Shown one piece after another: positions 9,943 through 19,153 of a stretch of DNA of 56,343 nt. Where the stretch lies: the IMG/VR virus record IMGVR_UViG_3300025396_000018, positions 1-56,343 of that record, one strand, 5' to 3'. A model generated the notes under the pieces. That model was not told the origin of the DNA and searched no databases. It saw only the letters and a list, made by a program, of their open reading frames with translations. This DNA comes from a virus. Taxonomy: Duplodnaviria > Caudoviricetes. How positions within the stretch are numbered: position 1 is the first letter of the stretch; each line of letters begins with the position of its first letter. A program made the translations under genes and the position numbers.

Positions 9943-10937
9943 TTTACAAACTCCATTTTTGCACGCAAATTTACAAAGGTATTTTTACTTATAAAGTCTT
10001 GAATTTCGTCAGGTGAGAACCCATCTAACACCATTTCATTAATGTCTTTAGAATCAACGAATTCTGGCCAAATGACTACTTTGAAGTGATTATCAATAGC
10101 AGAATTTATTTTTGCTACGATTTCTTTGTTACGAGGTTCATTATCAAACACCAAAACAACTTTGGACTTGTCCACGCAATCGGCAATCGATTCTAAATTA
10201 GAGTCTGCTGTTGCCACTGCGTTCTTAATAAACATTGAATCAATTGGTCCTTCAACAACATATACATCTTGATTCAAATCAACTCTATCAAGGCCATAAA
10301 CCTTTTTAACATCGTCATGTAACTTTAATGTGATATACCGGAGTTTCGATTCACCCAACGAGCGACCCTGGACAGCCACGAGTTCCTTCTCTTTATTATA
10401 AAACGGTATGACGAGCCGTTTATCGTTCTTGTGAAGGCCTTCTTTTTCAATCCCAAGGCCTTGTATGAAGGTTGCGAAATCTTCCGCATAGTATAGTTGC
10501 GAATAGAAGGTCTCCGGAATCCGTCTTTGCGAAACATAGTTCTTAGCAAAATGCGCCTCTGGTAATGAGTCGATTGAAGGAAGTTCCAAGGCTTTCTTAA
10601 ATACTGGTTTTTCAGTTTTAAATTCATCAAAGCTAGGCGCTGGCGTATTTGCATTTGGTGTACCTTCTTTATATCTTTCTAATTGATATTCTCTAAGTAA
10701 TGATTCGTCAACTTGTTTCAGAAAATTATAAAACGTGGTTGATACACCACAATTATGACACATATAGAAGTAGTCATTCTTTTTACGGAATACAAAACCT
10801 CGGGCTTTAATTTTATTTTTCTGCGAGTCGCCACAGAGCGGACACCTGAAATTATATAAATCGGATTTTTTTTGAGAAAACCTTTGTAATTTAGGCGAAA
10901 CACGGAGCAGGAAAGTCCTGTCGATAAAAACACTCAT
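9927..10937 (-). CDS. 61: DNA primase (T4 gp61)
   Basis: NFRCPLCGDS...CHNC zinc finger; TOPRIM VVEGPIDS, FDNEPRN, KDINEM. Confidence 0.95.
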   Translation of the reverse strand: MSVFIDRTFLLRVSPKLQRFSQKKSDLYNFRCPLCGDSQKNKIKARGFVFRKKNDYFYMCHNCGVSTTFYNFLKQVDESLLREYQLERYKEGTPNANTPAPSFDEFKTEKPVFKKALELPSIDSLPEAHFAKNYVSQRRIPETFYSQLYYAEDFATFIQGLGIEKEGLHKNDKRLVIPFYNKEKELVAVQGRSLGESKLRYITLKLHDDVKKVYGLDRVDLNQDVYVVEGPIDSMFIKNAVATADSNLESIADCVDKSKVVLVFDNEPRNKEIVAKINSAIDNHFKVVIWPEFVDSKDINEMVLDGFSPDEIQDFISKNTFVNLRAKMEFVNWKKI

Positions 10938-10959
10938 AATATAATATTACCAAATTTGA

Positions 10960-11373
10960 TTAATGTATAGACTTGATTATTGTATCAATATTTCCATGGG
11001 AAATCAACCATGAGATAACAACAATACCACCAACAATTGTCCACTTCCATTGCAAAAGTTTATCTAACTGTTCTTTTTCAGCGGTATTGTGGTCAGTAAC
11101 ACACTTACGGAGACCTTTGATTTCTTCCATAATTCTTAATTCGGAAGCTTGCATTTTGTCCAAAACGGTATCAATACGGTCATGTATCTCTCTTACATCC
11201 GCATCTACCTCTACTCTACGATTATCCATGTCTGTGTAAACCTTTGCTATGTGTCGGTCGTGTTGTTCCACCAGTTTTTCGATAACCGCATCTAGTTTAT
11301 TACAAATTGCTGATAAAGTCAATACTTGTGTTTTTAAAACACCAACATCAACTTTTAGTTCCTCTTCCGCCAT
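10960..11373 (-). CDS. Coiled-coil protein with C-terminal transmembrane helix (lysis-cassette associated)
   Basis: Heptad pattern followed by WKWTIVGGIVVISWLI. Confidence 0.7.
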   Translation of the reverse strand: MAEEELKVDVGVLKTQVLTLSAICNKLDAVIEKLVEQHDRHIAKVYTDMDNRRVEVDADVREIHDRIDTVLDKMQASELRIMEEIKGLRKCVTDHNTAEKEQLDKLLQWKWTIVGGIVVISWLISHGNIDTIIKSIH

Positions 11374-11374
11374 T

Positions 11375-11548
11375 TTATTTTTTCTTTACGGGGATAGTTG
11401 TGGCATCAGCAATAGCTTGATGAATCTTTACAGTCTTGCATACCGAAACTGTCTTACCTTTTACCACTTTATCGTGGCAGATTTTTTTGGTTTCTGCTTG
11501 TACAGTTAAAGAAAACAAAGCTAATACGATTAGTAATGATTTTTTCAT
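11375..11548 (-). CDS. Small secreted basic peptide, 57 aa (MKKSLLIVLALFSLTVQA-ETKKICHDKVVKGKTVSVCK...)
   Basis: Hand-translated; GGAG SD; signal peptide ending VQA; two Cys. Confidence 0.7.
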   Translation of the reverse strand: MKKSLLIVLALFSLTVQAETKKICHDKVVKGKTVSVCKTVKIHQAIADATTIPVKKK

Positions 11549-11549
11549 C

Positions 11550-12050
11550 TTATCTCTCCGGCATATTCATAGCAGGACCTAGTGGTTTCAACATAGGTGC
11601 TGCAGGGGTTGTTGTAACAGTTTCAGATACAGTTGTAGTAGTTGAAGCTGGCATTGCAGTTGGTGACATTATTGGTGACATTGGCCTTGGTGCCATTGGC
11701 ATTGGTGAACCACCCATTGGTGATGGCATACCTGGTGTTGGTAAACCACCATTATTTGCGCCTGCCATCTTTTCTTGTGTTCTACCATAAGCAGCGATAC
11801 CAAGAACAGCACCCATAGCAAGATGAAACAAACCAGCACCTTGTAATGTTAATGGTTGCCATTGACTGGTAACTTGGCCATGATTAAGTGCTTGTAATAA
11901 ACTCCACAATACAGGCGCAAATAAGAAATCAAATAAACAAATAATCATATACATCCAACCCATCATTGGACGCCACTTACTGTTCATCCAATCTTCTTTT
12001 TTCTTCTCGCTATCGCTGAGTTGTTTATATTCTTTTTCTGTATCTGGCAT
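11550..12050 (-). CDS. Putative holin (GTA 3TM holin-like) with Pro/Met-rich tail
   Basis: WMNSKWRPMMGW, two hydrophobic helices, LGIAAYGRTQEK; adjacent to the endolysin. Confidence 0.75.
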   Translation of the reverse strand: MPDTEKEYKQLSDSEKKKEDWMNSKWRPMMGWMYMIICLFDFLFAPVLWSLLQALNHGQVTSQWQPLTLQGAGLFHLAMGAVLGIAAYGRTQEKMAGANNGGLPTPGMPSPMGGSPMPMAPRPMSPIMSPTAMPASTTTTVSETVTTTPAAPMLKPLGPAMNMPER

Positions 12051-12659
12051 TTAGGCACCAAGTACTTGTAATGCGTGCTGATAGTGTTGTTTTCTTTCTG
12101 CTTCACCTAAAGAACCACCATTGATGATGTGTGAAATTTGGTCAATATCACCATTATCTGCGTGAGCATTTAGATTGGCATTTTCCCAAAAATAACAAGC
12201 AGACTGTACGGCACCTTCAAATGTACCCATATAAGCAGGAACATCTTCTACTGACATTTGAATTGAATCAGCAAATGCTTGATAGTTGTCTTTACCAGTC
12301 AATTGAATTAGACCACGACCACAATATTTCCAACCATCACCAGAAGCCTCATCGCCGTTACCCATGCGACCAGCGTAAGCACGATTAGCGATTGCTTCTG
12401 GATTGTGTTGATATTGTTCAGCAATTTCTAATGTTTGAAAATGTGAAGGCCATGTTCTATGTAAAGATTCTGCCTTATAGTTCAGATTCTCTTGGATTGC
12501 GGTGAAATTAGCAGATTCAACACAGCACTCACCCATAAATGCAGCAACACGCAAAGGTGAAGTGATATCATATTGTGGCAAAATTTTATTTAATGCCTCA
12601 ACCCATTGTTCAGCGTATGGATTATTAGGTACAATTGCGTGAAATTCTTCTAAAGTCAT
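12051..12659 (-). CDS. Endolysin, glycoside hydrolase family 19
   Basis: ES..F...ENLNY, GDGWKYCGRGLIQLTGKDNY, IINGG. Confidence 0.92.
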   Translation of the reverse strand: MTLEEFHAIVPNNPYAEQWVEALNKILPQYDITSPLRVAAFMGECCVESANFTAIQENLNYKAESLHRTWPSHFQTLEIAEQYQHNPEAIANRAYAGRMGNGDEASGDGWKYCGRGLIQLTGKDNYQAFADSIQMSVEDVPAYMGTFEGAVQSACYFWENANLNAHADNGDIDQISHIINGGSLGEAERKQHYQHALQVLGA

Positions 12660-12668
12660 TTTTAATCC

Positions 12669-13028
12669 TTATGATGGTTGTGCTAATGTTGCTGGTGGCG
12701 CTTCTGGTGCTACTACAATTTGACTTGCTTGTGAGGCAGCAATAGTAGCATGAAGTTGTGCTTCTGCGGTTAAAGCCTGAACTTGTGCTGTGGCTTCATC
12801 GGCAGCTGCCTTAGCTGCATCTGATGCCTTCTGCGATAGTTCTGCTGCGTCTTTAATTGCTAACGCCAATTCAGATTTAAGTGTATCTACTTTTGCGTTT
12901 GCATTAGCCGCATCAATTTTGGCTTGTGCAAAAATGGAAGTTAAATCACTTTTGATTACAGATTCAAATTTCTGTACATCTTTTACCAATGTTTCTTTTT
13001 CTTTTTCAAACAAATTCAAAATACTCAT
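12669..13028 (-). CDS. Ala-rich coiled-coil hypothetical protein
   Basis: GAGGAG SD before MSILNLF. Confidence 0.7.
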   Translation of the reverse strand: MSILNLFEKEKETLVKDVQKFESVIKSDLTSIFAQAKIDAANANAKVDTLKSELALAIKDAAELSQKASDAAKAAADEATAQVQALTAEAQLHATIAASQASQIVVAPEAPPATLAQPS

Positions 13029-13038
13029 TTCAATCTCC

Positions 13039-13245
13039 TCAATAAATTGCACTTACGATTTGTACCACGTTTAACAAAACTGCTCTTGCTTCTTGGTCTA
13101 ATTCAAACTCATCAGCGTTTGCATCAATTTGACCTTGAATGTTTAAATCTTCTACCAATTCTTTAAAGTCTGCGGCAGAAAGTTGACCAGCATTATATTG
13201 GTTCTGATACTCTTGTGCCTGAATGGCAATATCTCTTATACTCAT
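13039..13245 (-). CDS. Hypothetical protein
   Basis: ATGA overlap with the lipoprotein gene. Confidence 0.7.
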   Translation of the reverse strand: MSIRDIAIQAQEYQNQYNAGQLSAADFKELVEDLNIQGQIDANADEFELDQEARAVLLNVVQIVSAIY

Positions 13246-13601
13246 CTTGGTTTACTCCCCGTAACTTGTTGAATTCGTTCGGCCGATTTAGCTATGATAT
13301 TTAGTTTTGCTTTACAATATGCTTCGCCTGGATTTTCTTTATTGTGTAATTCTTCTATTAATCTAAACAAGTCGGTAGTTAATTTAATTTCTGCTTCATT
13401 ATTTGGTAGATACTGGCTATAATTTTTTAATTCAGCACCATCCAAATATAACATTTCAATAATATTATGACCACAAGAATTTAGTTCAGCAATTGTTCTA
13501 ATTTGAGTTACCAAATAATATTCATTGGCATCGTAAGGCCCAATCATCAAAGAACAACCTGTTACTAGACAAAATAGCGAACTGACTAGTAATTTTTTCA
13601 T
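13242..13601 (-). CDS. Lipoprotein
   Basis: MKK plus hydrophobic core plus LVTGC lipobox. Confidence 0.75.
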   Translation of the reverse strand: MKKLLVSSLFCLVTGCSLMIGPYDANEYYLVTQIRTIAELNSCGHNIIEMLYLDGAELKNYSQYLPNNEAEIKLTTDLFRLIEELHNKENPGEAYCKAKLNIIAKSAERIQQVTGSKPR

Positions 13602-13882
13602 GGATTCAATTCTTTCTGTTGTTTAACCCAATTTTGTAATGCTTTTAATTGGTCTGCGGTTAAATGGTAAGTACCATAATTCTCTGCAATTATTTTTTCA
13701 GCATCTGATAACTCTACATTACTTTCCGGTAATACCTGTAAATCCGTTGGCGGTACCATCAGTTGATCCGGTGGAGTTGGGAACGGAATTCGTAGCGGCG
13801 TAGTTGTGCAAGCGGATAAAAGAACCAGGCAGCTTACACAAGCTATCATCTTTAGTTGTAATATACTTAATAATCGTTTCAT
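13598..13882 (-). CDS. o-spanin (Rz1-like lipoprotein)
   Basis: LLSAC lipobox; Pro-rich mature region; overlaps the 3' end of the i-spanin in another frame. Confidence 0.8.
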   Translation of the reverse strand: MKRLLSILQLKMIACVSCLVLLSACTTTPLRIPFPTPPDQLMVPPTDLQVLPESNVELSDAEKIIAENYGTYHLTADQLKALQNWVKQQKELNP

Positions 13883-14198
13883 TTTTCGCCTTTGTTGCTT
13901 CATGAGTTTTTATATAATCATCGAGCGCTTGTTTTGTAATATCTTTTTGGTCCGAAACAACTTGGTTGATTTTTGCTTCTTCATCCACTAAAACATCACG
14001 TCTTCCATCTATATAGAATCCCGAAGCAAACAAGATAACACCAAGTAATTCTATAACAATTACTGCAATAAACCTGTACATAACAGGAATTAAAAATTTA
14101 AAAAATTGGACCAGAACAAAAAGGGCAACACCGAAACCGATAATTGCCCATGGCATCCAACTTGGAATTAGTCCTAAGAACCAATTTATACTAAACAT
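13719..14198 (-). CDS. i-spanin (Rz-like)
   Basis: N-terminal TM helices, periplasmic coil, C-terminal CKLP..FIRLHN.AA. Confidence 0.8.
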   Translation of the reverse strand: MFSINWFLGLIPSWMPWAIIGFGVALFVLVQFFKFLIPVMYRFIAVIVIELLGVILFASGFYIDGRRDVLVDEEAKINQVVSDQKDITKQALDDYIKTHEATKAKNETIIKYITTKDDSLCKLPGSFIRLHNYAATNSVPNSTGSTDGTANGFTGITGK

Positions 14199-14400
14199 AT
14201 TCTACTTTTATCCATTCATAATCTGAAAACTGATAACTCATATGAGCTTTGTATTCAACTTTCAACTTATCAAATTTAAATTTAATCCATTCCGCTAATG
14301 AAGCACTATCAAGTCCACGGACTCTGATATATGTAACACCATCTTCTTTTTTTACTTCTGCTTTTAAGTGAAATGATTCCCAAATGGCTTCAACAATCAC
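14191..14400 (-). CDS. Hypothetical protein
   Basis: GTG start abutting the upstream stop, AAGGA SD. Confidence 0.6.
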   Translation of the reverse strand: MIVEAIWESFHLKAEVKKEDGVTYIRVRGLDSASLAEWIKFKFDKLKVEYKAHMSYQFSDYEWIKVEYV

Positions 14401-14694
14401 TTAAAAGTCCTTTCGTTTACCCATTCCCATTGGCAACCGTGGATCTGCGTGTTTCTTTTTGTGTTTTCTTAAATCAACACCAGGTTCGCCTTGTTTACCA
14501 ACACCGATACCTGCAACAGCACCACCGCCAGCAGTATTAGTTGGTCCGCCACCGCCTGCGGCGCCAGCACCCATTTCATTTAATTCATCTTCTTTAACGC
14601 AAGAACCTTTTGAGAATGCTGTTTTTCCTGGTACTGGTTTATAACCAGTCCAGCAGCGACCTTTTTCTTCTAAGTATTTTTTAAATGAAATCAT
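14401..14694 (-). CDS. Putative internal head protein
   Basis: MISFKKYLEE N-terminus; CWTGY...CVKE module; Gly-rich. Confidence 0.65.
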   Translation of the reverse strand: MISFKKYLEEKGRCWTGYKPVPGKTAFSKGSCVKEDELNEMGAGAAGGGGPTNTAGGGAVAGIGVGKQGEPGVDLRKHKKKHADPRLPMGMGKRKDF

Positions 14695-15077
14695 ATGTTC
14701 CTTAATATCTCTGCGATATTCATATCTACTGGTATATCAGCAGACCGAATGTTTTTACCATTTATACCCCAAATCATTTCAGGCATAATACCCAAATATG
14801 ATAGGAATGTTTTCAATATGTCATAGTCTCGTTCATCAATTCTATAAAATAATATTCTTGATGTGACTTCTGGACCAAAAACATTATTCAATAAAATGAT
14901 ATGGTTTAATATCAATCTTTCTTTGAGAGTTTTGGTGACCTTATATCTACGAAATAATCGTTTGAGATATTTGGTTCTTTTGATATCTCCCTCAAATTCA
15001 GACATAACACAATTAGGCGATTCATAACACTTCATTGCGTACATCATAAAATTATCTTCATTCAAATCATCAAACAT
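14691..15077 (-). CDS. Conserved T4-like hypothetical protein
   Basis: LNEDNF..YAMK.Y..P.C...EF..D.KR.KY.KRL; ERLILNHII.L.NVFG. Confidence 0.8.
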   Translation of the reverse strand: MFDDLNEDNFMMYAMKCYESPNCVMSEFEGDIKRTKYLKRLFRRYKVTKTLKERLILNHIILLNNVFGPEVTSRILFYRIDERDYDILKTFLSYLGIMPEMIWGINGKNIRSADIPVDMNIAEILRNI

Positions 15078-15078
15078 A

Positions 15079-15106
15079 ATTAAAATGGGTACCCGTAGGT
15101 ACCCAT
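15079..15106 (-). terminator. Hairpin ATGGGTACC-TACG-GGTACCCAT followed by a T-rich tract
   Basis: 9-bp perfect stem with cUACGg (UNCG) tetraloop. Confidence 0.75.
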
Positions 15107-15118
15107 CCCTATAATATA

Positions 15119-15763
15119 TTAAACGCCAGCAATAAAATTACCAAAACTTGTGTTTGCTGAACTTGTGTTTGATGCAGTAGCGTTAGCAAGTGCAACCAAA
15201 GTCTCTTTCAAATAACGCACTGTACCATCAGCGTTGACTTTCTTCTGTACATGAACCCAACCTTGAGTCATATTACCAACTTGAGCAGCAGTAATACCTG
15301 TTGGTAAATTGGTTGATGTATTAGCGCAACGAGTTGCAGTCATCAGAATGGTATCAGAATTATATGTGGTTTCTACTGTCTTATTTGAATTGTAAGCAAT
15401 TGCTTTATCAAATTCAACAGTCCAACCAGCATTTGCTGGACCAAACAAATTATTTGACAATGTGATAGTATTGCCGCTAATTGTAGAAATCTGAGTATTA
15501 GATTCAAAGAATCCTGGTGTACCGTTACCGGACAAACCACCAACGTTATTTGCACCTAATGTATAGAAGTAAACCCATTGACCAACAGCAGCACCAACGT
15601 TAGCTACGTTGTTCTGTGCACCATCGTTATAAGCAACTTGAATAACGTTGTTACCAGCTGTATTACCGGTACGAACCGTAAATTGTAATACTTCTCTTGT
15701 TTCACGTTCCACATCAAATTTTGGCTTTTGATTGTGGTTATCTGTATTTCCCCATGTTGGCAT
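15119..15763 (-). CDS. Putative virion structural protein
   Basis: MPTWGNTD start and GWV...R...ETLVA end typical of T4-like virion proteins; Asn/Thr/Gly-rich. Confidence 0.65.
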   Translation of the reverse strand: MPTWGNTDNHNQKPKFDVERETREVLQFTVRTGNTAGNNVIQVAYNDGAQNNVANVGAAVGQWVYFYTLGANNVGGLSGNGTPGFFESNTQISTISGNTITLSNNLFGPANAGWTVEFDKAIAYNSNKTVETTYNSDTILMTATRCANTSTNLPTGITAAQVGNMTQGWVHVQKKVNADGTVRYLKETLVALANATASNTSSANTSFGNFIAGV

Positions 15764-15795
15764 CTTATTCTCCTTGTAAGCCTTTGGTTATGTTT

Positions 15796-17073
15796 CTATT
15801 TATCTTTCTTCTTATCTTCTTTTTTCTTATCTTTATCATCTTTTTTCGTGACATCTGGTTGACCAGGACGGTTTCTCATCATTGGATCAATCTCTACATC
15901 GTCACGCTTCTCACCAGTTAGTGTAGTACCACCGGTCAATACTGCAGCGGCCTGTGGTTTCTTTTCACCATGACTGTCTTTTTCATCGGCTTTTTCATGC
16001 TTAGGTTTCTTACCATAAGTTGCAACCGATTTATCTTCTTTTTCGTGGTCGTACATATCTTCCTTGACCATACGCTTATTTTTGTATAATGCCTTAATCA
16101 TACGAGCAGATTTAGATAATTGTTTCTTTTTTTCAGACACAGGTTCTAATTGAGCATTAGGTAAACCATCGGCATTGGTGGCTGCCTTGGCGTCACCAAC
16201 ATCTTCTTTAGTAGAAATCAATTTTCCTTTTTTATGACCTTTTACAAATTTTTCAATATCTTTATCGTGTTTTTTATCTGCTTTTTTCTGTAAGGAATGT
16301 AACAAAGGTGAAACATCTTCTTTATTAACTTGTTTTTGTAAACGGTCAATAGCAGATGACATACCAGAACCATCTTTAGATTGCTTTTTTTCAATATCAG
16401 CGTGTTTCTTTTCACGTTCAGCTGATGCCTTACGAAACTTTTCTAATGCAGTATCTTTACTTGCCGCTTCGCCAAACAAAGTTTTTTTGATGACGCTAGC
16501 ACGACTAAGTTCTTGTAATTTGGCTTCTTCGACTTTACTTTTCATACTAGTTTCTGTAATTCCCAAATAAGACAATAATTGTTTCAATAAGAATCTATTG
16601 TTCCATGCTTTTGTCATTGGATCTTGTTTTTTTGTATCTTCCATAGTAACTTCTTCTGGTGTCAATTTAGTAGTTTGACTTGCTTCACCTTTAATAGGAT
16701 TTTGGTGAGGATGTGTCGTTACTGGTTTAATTGTATAATGTGAAGCCACTTTTTGTAAAGATTTTTGTCTACGCAATGTTGGTGAATGAATGTCTAAAGA
16801 ACGAGCATCGCCATCTTTTCTTTGAGTAGTCATATCTTCATTCATATGTCTTTCTTTCCATTTTAGAAAAGCATTAGACTTAGAATGAGCAATCTTAGTA
16901 TCTTTCGAAACATATTGTGGGTCGATACCTTTAGATTGTAGATATTGATTTAATGTAGCAGATTCAGCAACTTGATGCTTAGCTGAATACTGACCTAACT
17001 GGCTAGGGTTTGTAAAATTGGTGCCCCTAGCCGGTTCAGGATTCTTCTTAACGATATCTTTAAACTTTTTCAT
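15796..17073 (-). CDS. Charged low-complexity protein, putative internal head polyprotein
   Basis: Lys/Glu-rich; recurrent xxE/(D,A,S) junctions. Confidence 0.65.
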   Translation of the reverse strand: MKKFKDIVKKNPEPARGTNFTNPSQLGQYSAKHQVAESATLNQYLQSKGIDPQYVSKDTKIAHSKSNAFLKWKERHMNEDMTTQRKDGDARSLDIHSPTLRRQKSLQKVASHYTIKPVTTHPHQNPIKGEASQTTKLTPEEVTMEDTKKQDPMTKAWNNRFLLKQLLSYLGITETSMKSKVEEAKLQELSRASVIKKTLFGEAASKDTALEKFRKASAEREKKHADIEKKQSKDGSGMSSAIDRLQKQVNKEDVSPLLHSLQKKADKKHDKDIEKFVKGHKKGKLISTKEDVGDAKAATNADGLPNAQLEPVSEKKKQLSKSARMIKALYKNKRMVKEDMYDHEKEDKSVATYGKKPKHEKADEKDSHGEKKPQAAAVLTGGTTLTGEKRDDVEIDPMMRNRPGQPDVTKKDDKDKKKEDKKKDK

Positions 17074-17082
17074 ATGAGTCTC

Positions 17083-18615
17083 TTAGTTAGAAATCTTACC
17101 CATCATTGTTTCTTTTTTCAACTTCTTAAATGATTGGCGAGCCAAATCACGAGCACGGCTCATTGGTGTATGAACTGCACCAGATTTATCTTTAACATTC
17201 TTTGGCATCTTTTCCCAACCTGGACTACCAGCAATTACTTTCTCATCCATTTGAACTTCTTCATGAGTAATTTGGTGTTCGGAAGAAAAATGAGATTGTG
17301 GAGTTGGATGACCTAATTTGTCGTCAAGCTTGATATCTACGGCACCTGGATTTGTAGTAATCTTTTGTTTCTCTCTTGTATCTTCACCTTTTTCGATTTG
17401 CTTAGGTACTGGTTCTTCACCAGCAGTTTTCAAATCTACTTTATAGTTTTTGAAAGAATTGATTTTGCCGCCAGCAACACGACCTTTTAACATATCTGTG
17501 GTAACTTTATCACTAGATTTATCAACTTGTACTTCAACATCTTCTTTCATCTTCATTTTGATTGGCTCATGTTTTTCAACAGCAGACAATTTGTAATGAC
17601 GATAAGCATGAGTTCTCAATAAGTCTTTGGCTTGTTCCATTGCATCTTCATCATTCTTAGCAGTCAATAGAGCCATACTTGCCCATTTGCCAGTCTTTGG
17701 ATCATCAAAGTGAGCAGCATGAGTAATGTTTGCTTCTTCTAATGTTTCTTCTTTGATTTCTGGTTTGCCTTTAAGAAAACGACCAAGTTGTGTCATTGTA
17801 CCTTTAACAGTACCTGGTTTGTGTTTCAAATATGCCTTATCAGCAATATCAGTATTCTTTGCTGGAGATGCTTCATCCAATTCTTCACCTTCGTATTCAT
17901 CAGAAGAATCTTCTTTCATTGCTTGCTTAGTAGCAGTAGCATACATTACATTCTTCCAATTCTTACCATAACGTTGTTTGAAACCAGCTTCGCCTTTTTT
18001 CATAGACATAACAATCTTTTCACGCTTCTTCATTTGAGCGTCAGACATTTCTTCTTCACCAAGATTATTATCGGTGAAAATTTCATCTGTACCAGAACTT
18101 TTTGCTTCGTGAATTGCTAATAATTTTTCAGCAAAAGTAAGGCCTTCCATTTTAACTGTATTCTTTTGGCCTTTGTGCATAGTCACATTGTGGTGACCAA
18201 CTTCTTTTTTAGCAATCTTCTTTGCTTCTGGTTCAGTAATACAATCTTTAGATTCTTCTTTCATGTCCTTAGCTTTAGGACCTTTAACATCATCAACAGA
18301 ATGTTTAGTTTGGTCAGCACGAGCTTTCTTAGAATTACCGTAACTAGAACCATAAACTTTCATGCCTGTTGGTGTAGGTACTTTCTCAGCCGCTTCATCC
18401 ATTTCAATTGCTTCTGCATGAGACTTTGCTGTAACAGGATATTTTTTACCTTGAAACTCAAAATGAGATTGATTGGCTTTCTTGGCAGCATGAGCAGCTT
18501 TGTGAAAACCAGTTTCATCCATTTCTGCGTCAGTAATCATTTTCTTTTTATCTTCTTCCAAAACTTGATTAACTGCGTCAATCATAGATTGGGATACTAA
18601 GGTCTTTGCAAACAT
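17083..18615 (-). CDS. Charged low-complexity protein, putative internal head polyprotein
   Basis: Modules separated by MDEA, MKEE, LDEA, IKEE, LEEA, MKED. Confidence 0.65.
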   Translation of the reverse strand: MFAKTLVSQSMIDAVNQVLEEDKKKMITDAEMDETGFHKAAHAAKKANQSHFEFQGKKYPVTAKSHAEAIEMDEAAEKVPTPTGMKVYGSSYGNSKKARADQTKHSVDDVKGPKAKDMKEESKDCITEPEAKKIAKKEVGHHNVTMHKGQKNTVKMEGLTFAEKLLAIHEAKSSGTDEIFTDNNLGEEEMSDAQMKKREKIVMSMKKGEAGFKQRYGKNWKNVMYATATKQAMKEDSSDEYEGEELDEASPAKNTDIADKAYLKHKPGTVKGTMTQLGRFLKGKPEIKEETLEEANITHAAHFDDPKTGKWASMALLTAKNDEDAMEQAKDLLRTHAYRHYKLSAVEKHEPIKMKMKEDVEVQVDKSSDKVTTDMLKGRVAGGKINSFKNYKVDLKTAGEEPVPKQIEKGEDTREKQKITTNPGAVDIKLDDKLGHPTPQSHFSSEHQITHEEVQMDEKVIAGSPGWEKMPKNVKDKSGAVHTPMSRARDLARQSFKKLKKETMMGKISN

Positions 18616-18631
18616 TTTTATTCTCCTGTTT

Positions 18632-19153
18632 TTATCTGCATTTCCACTTGCGTAATGCTAGTGCTTTTCTTGTTGGTTCACCGTTTGGTTTCTTCATTGG
18701 TCCCTTCATGCCGCCCATGCGAGCACAAAATGACTTTCTACGTTTAGCTGCTTTACTACCGGCTTTTACTTTACCAGTTACAGCTCTTTTTAATTTAGAT
18801 CCTGGATTTTCTCTACGATAAGATGCAATACCTTTTGCATTTAAACCACCAGTAGGATTCTTGCCTTCTTTTCTACGCCAAGCAGCAGATTCGTATAATT
18901 CTTCGTCTGAAACATCTTCCAGTTCTTCCCAAATAGATTCAGGATCAACACCGTTTTGTTCTGCCATATCGTATACAACTTCTTCGAGTATGTCGAACAA
19001 TTCTTCTGGATTATATTCTTCAGGTACACAATTAGGTACTGTACGGCCATTTTTCTCTTTTGTACCAACAGCAGTATAACCTTTCCAACAGGCTTTCTTT
19101 AAAGCACCGGTAGGTTTTGCAACTTCATTTAAGTATTTTTTAAAAGATATCAT
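18632..19153 (-). CDS. DUF6321-like basic protein, putative internal head protein
   Basis: MISFKKYLNE; CWKGY...VPNCVPE; AWRRKEGKNPTGGLN...RRKSFCARM...ALRKWKC. Confidence 0.7.
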   Translation of the reverse strand: MISFKKYLNEVAKPTGALKKACWKGYTAVGTKEKNGRTVPNCVPEEYNPEELFDILEEVVYDMAEQNGVDPESIWEELEDVSDEELYESAAWRRKEGKNPTGGLNAKGIASYRRENPGSKLKRAVTGKVKAGSKAAKRRKSFCARMGGMKGPMKKPNGEPTRKALALRKWKCR

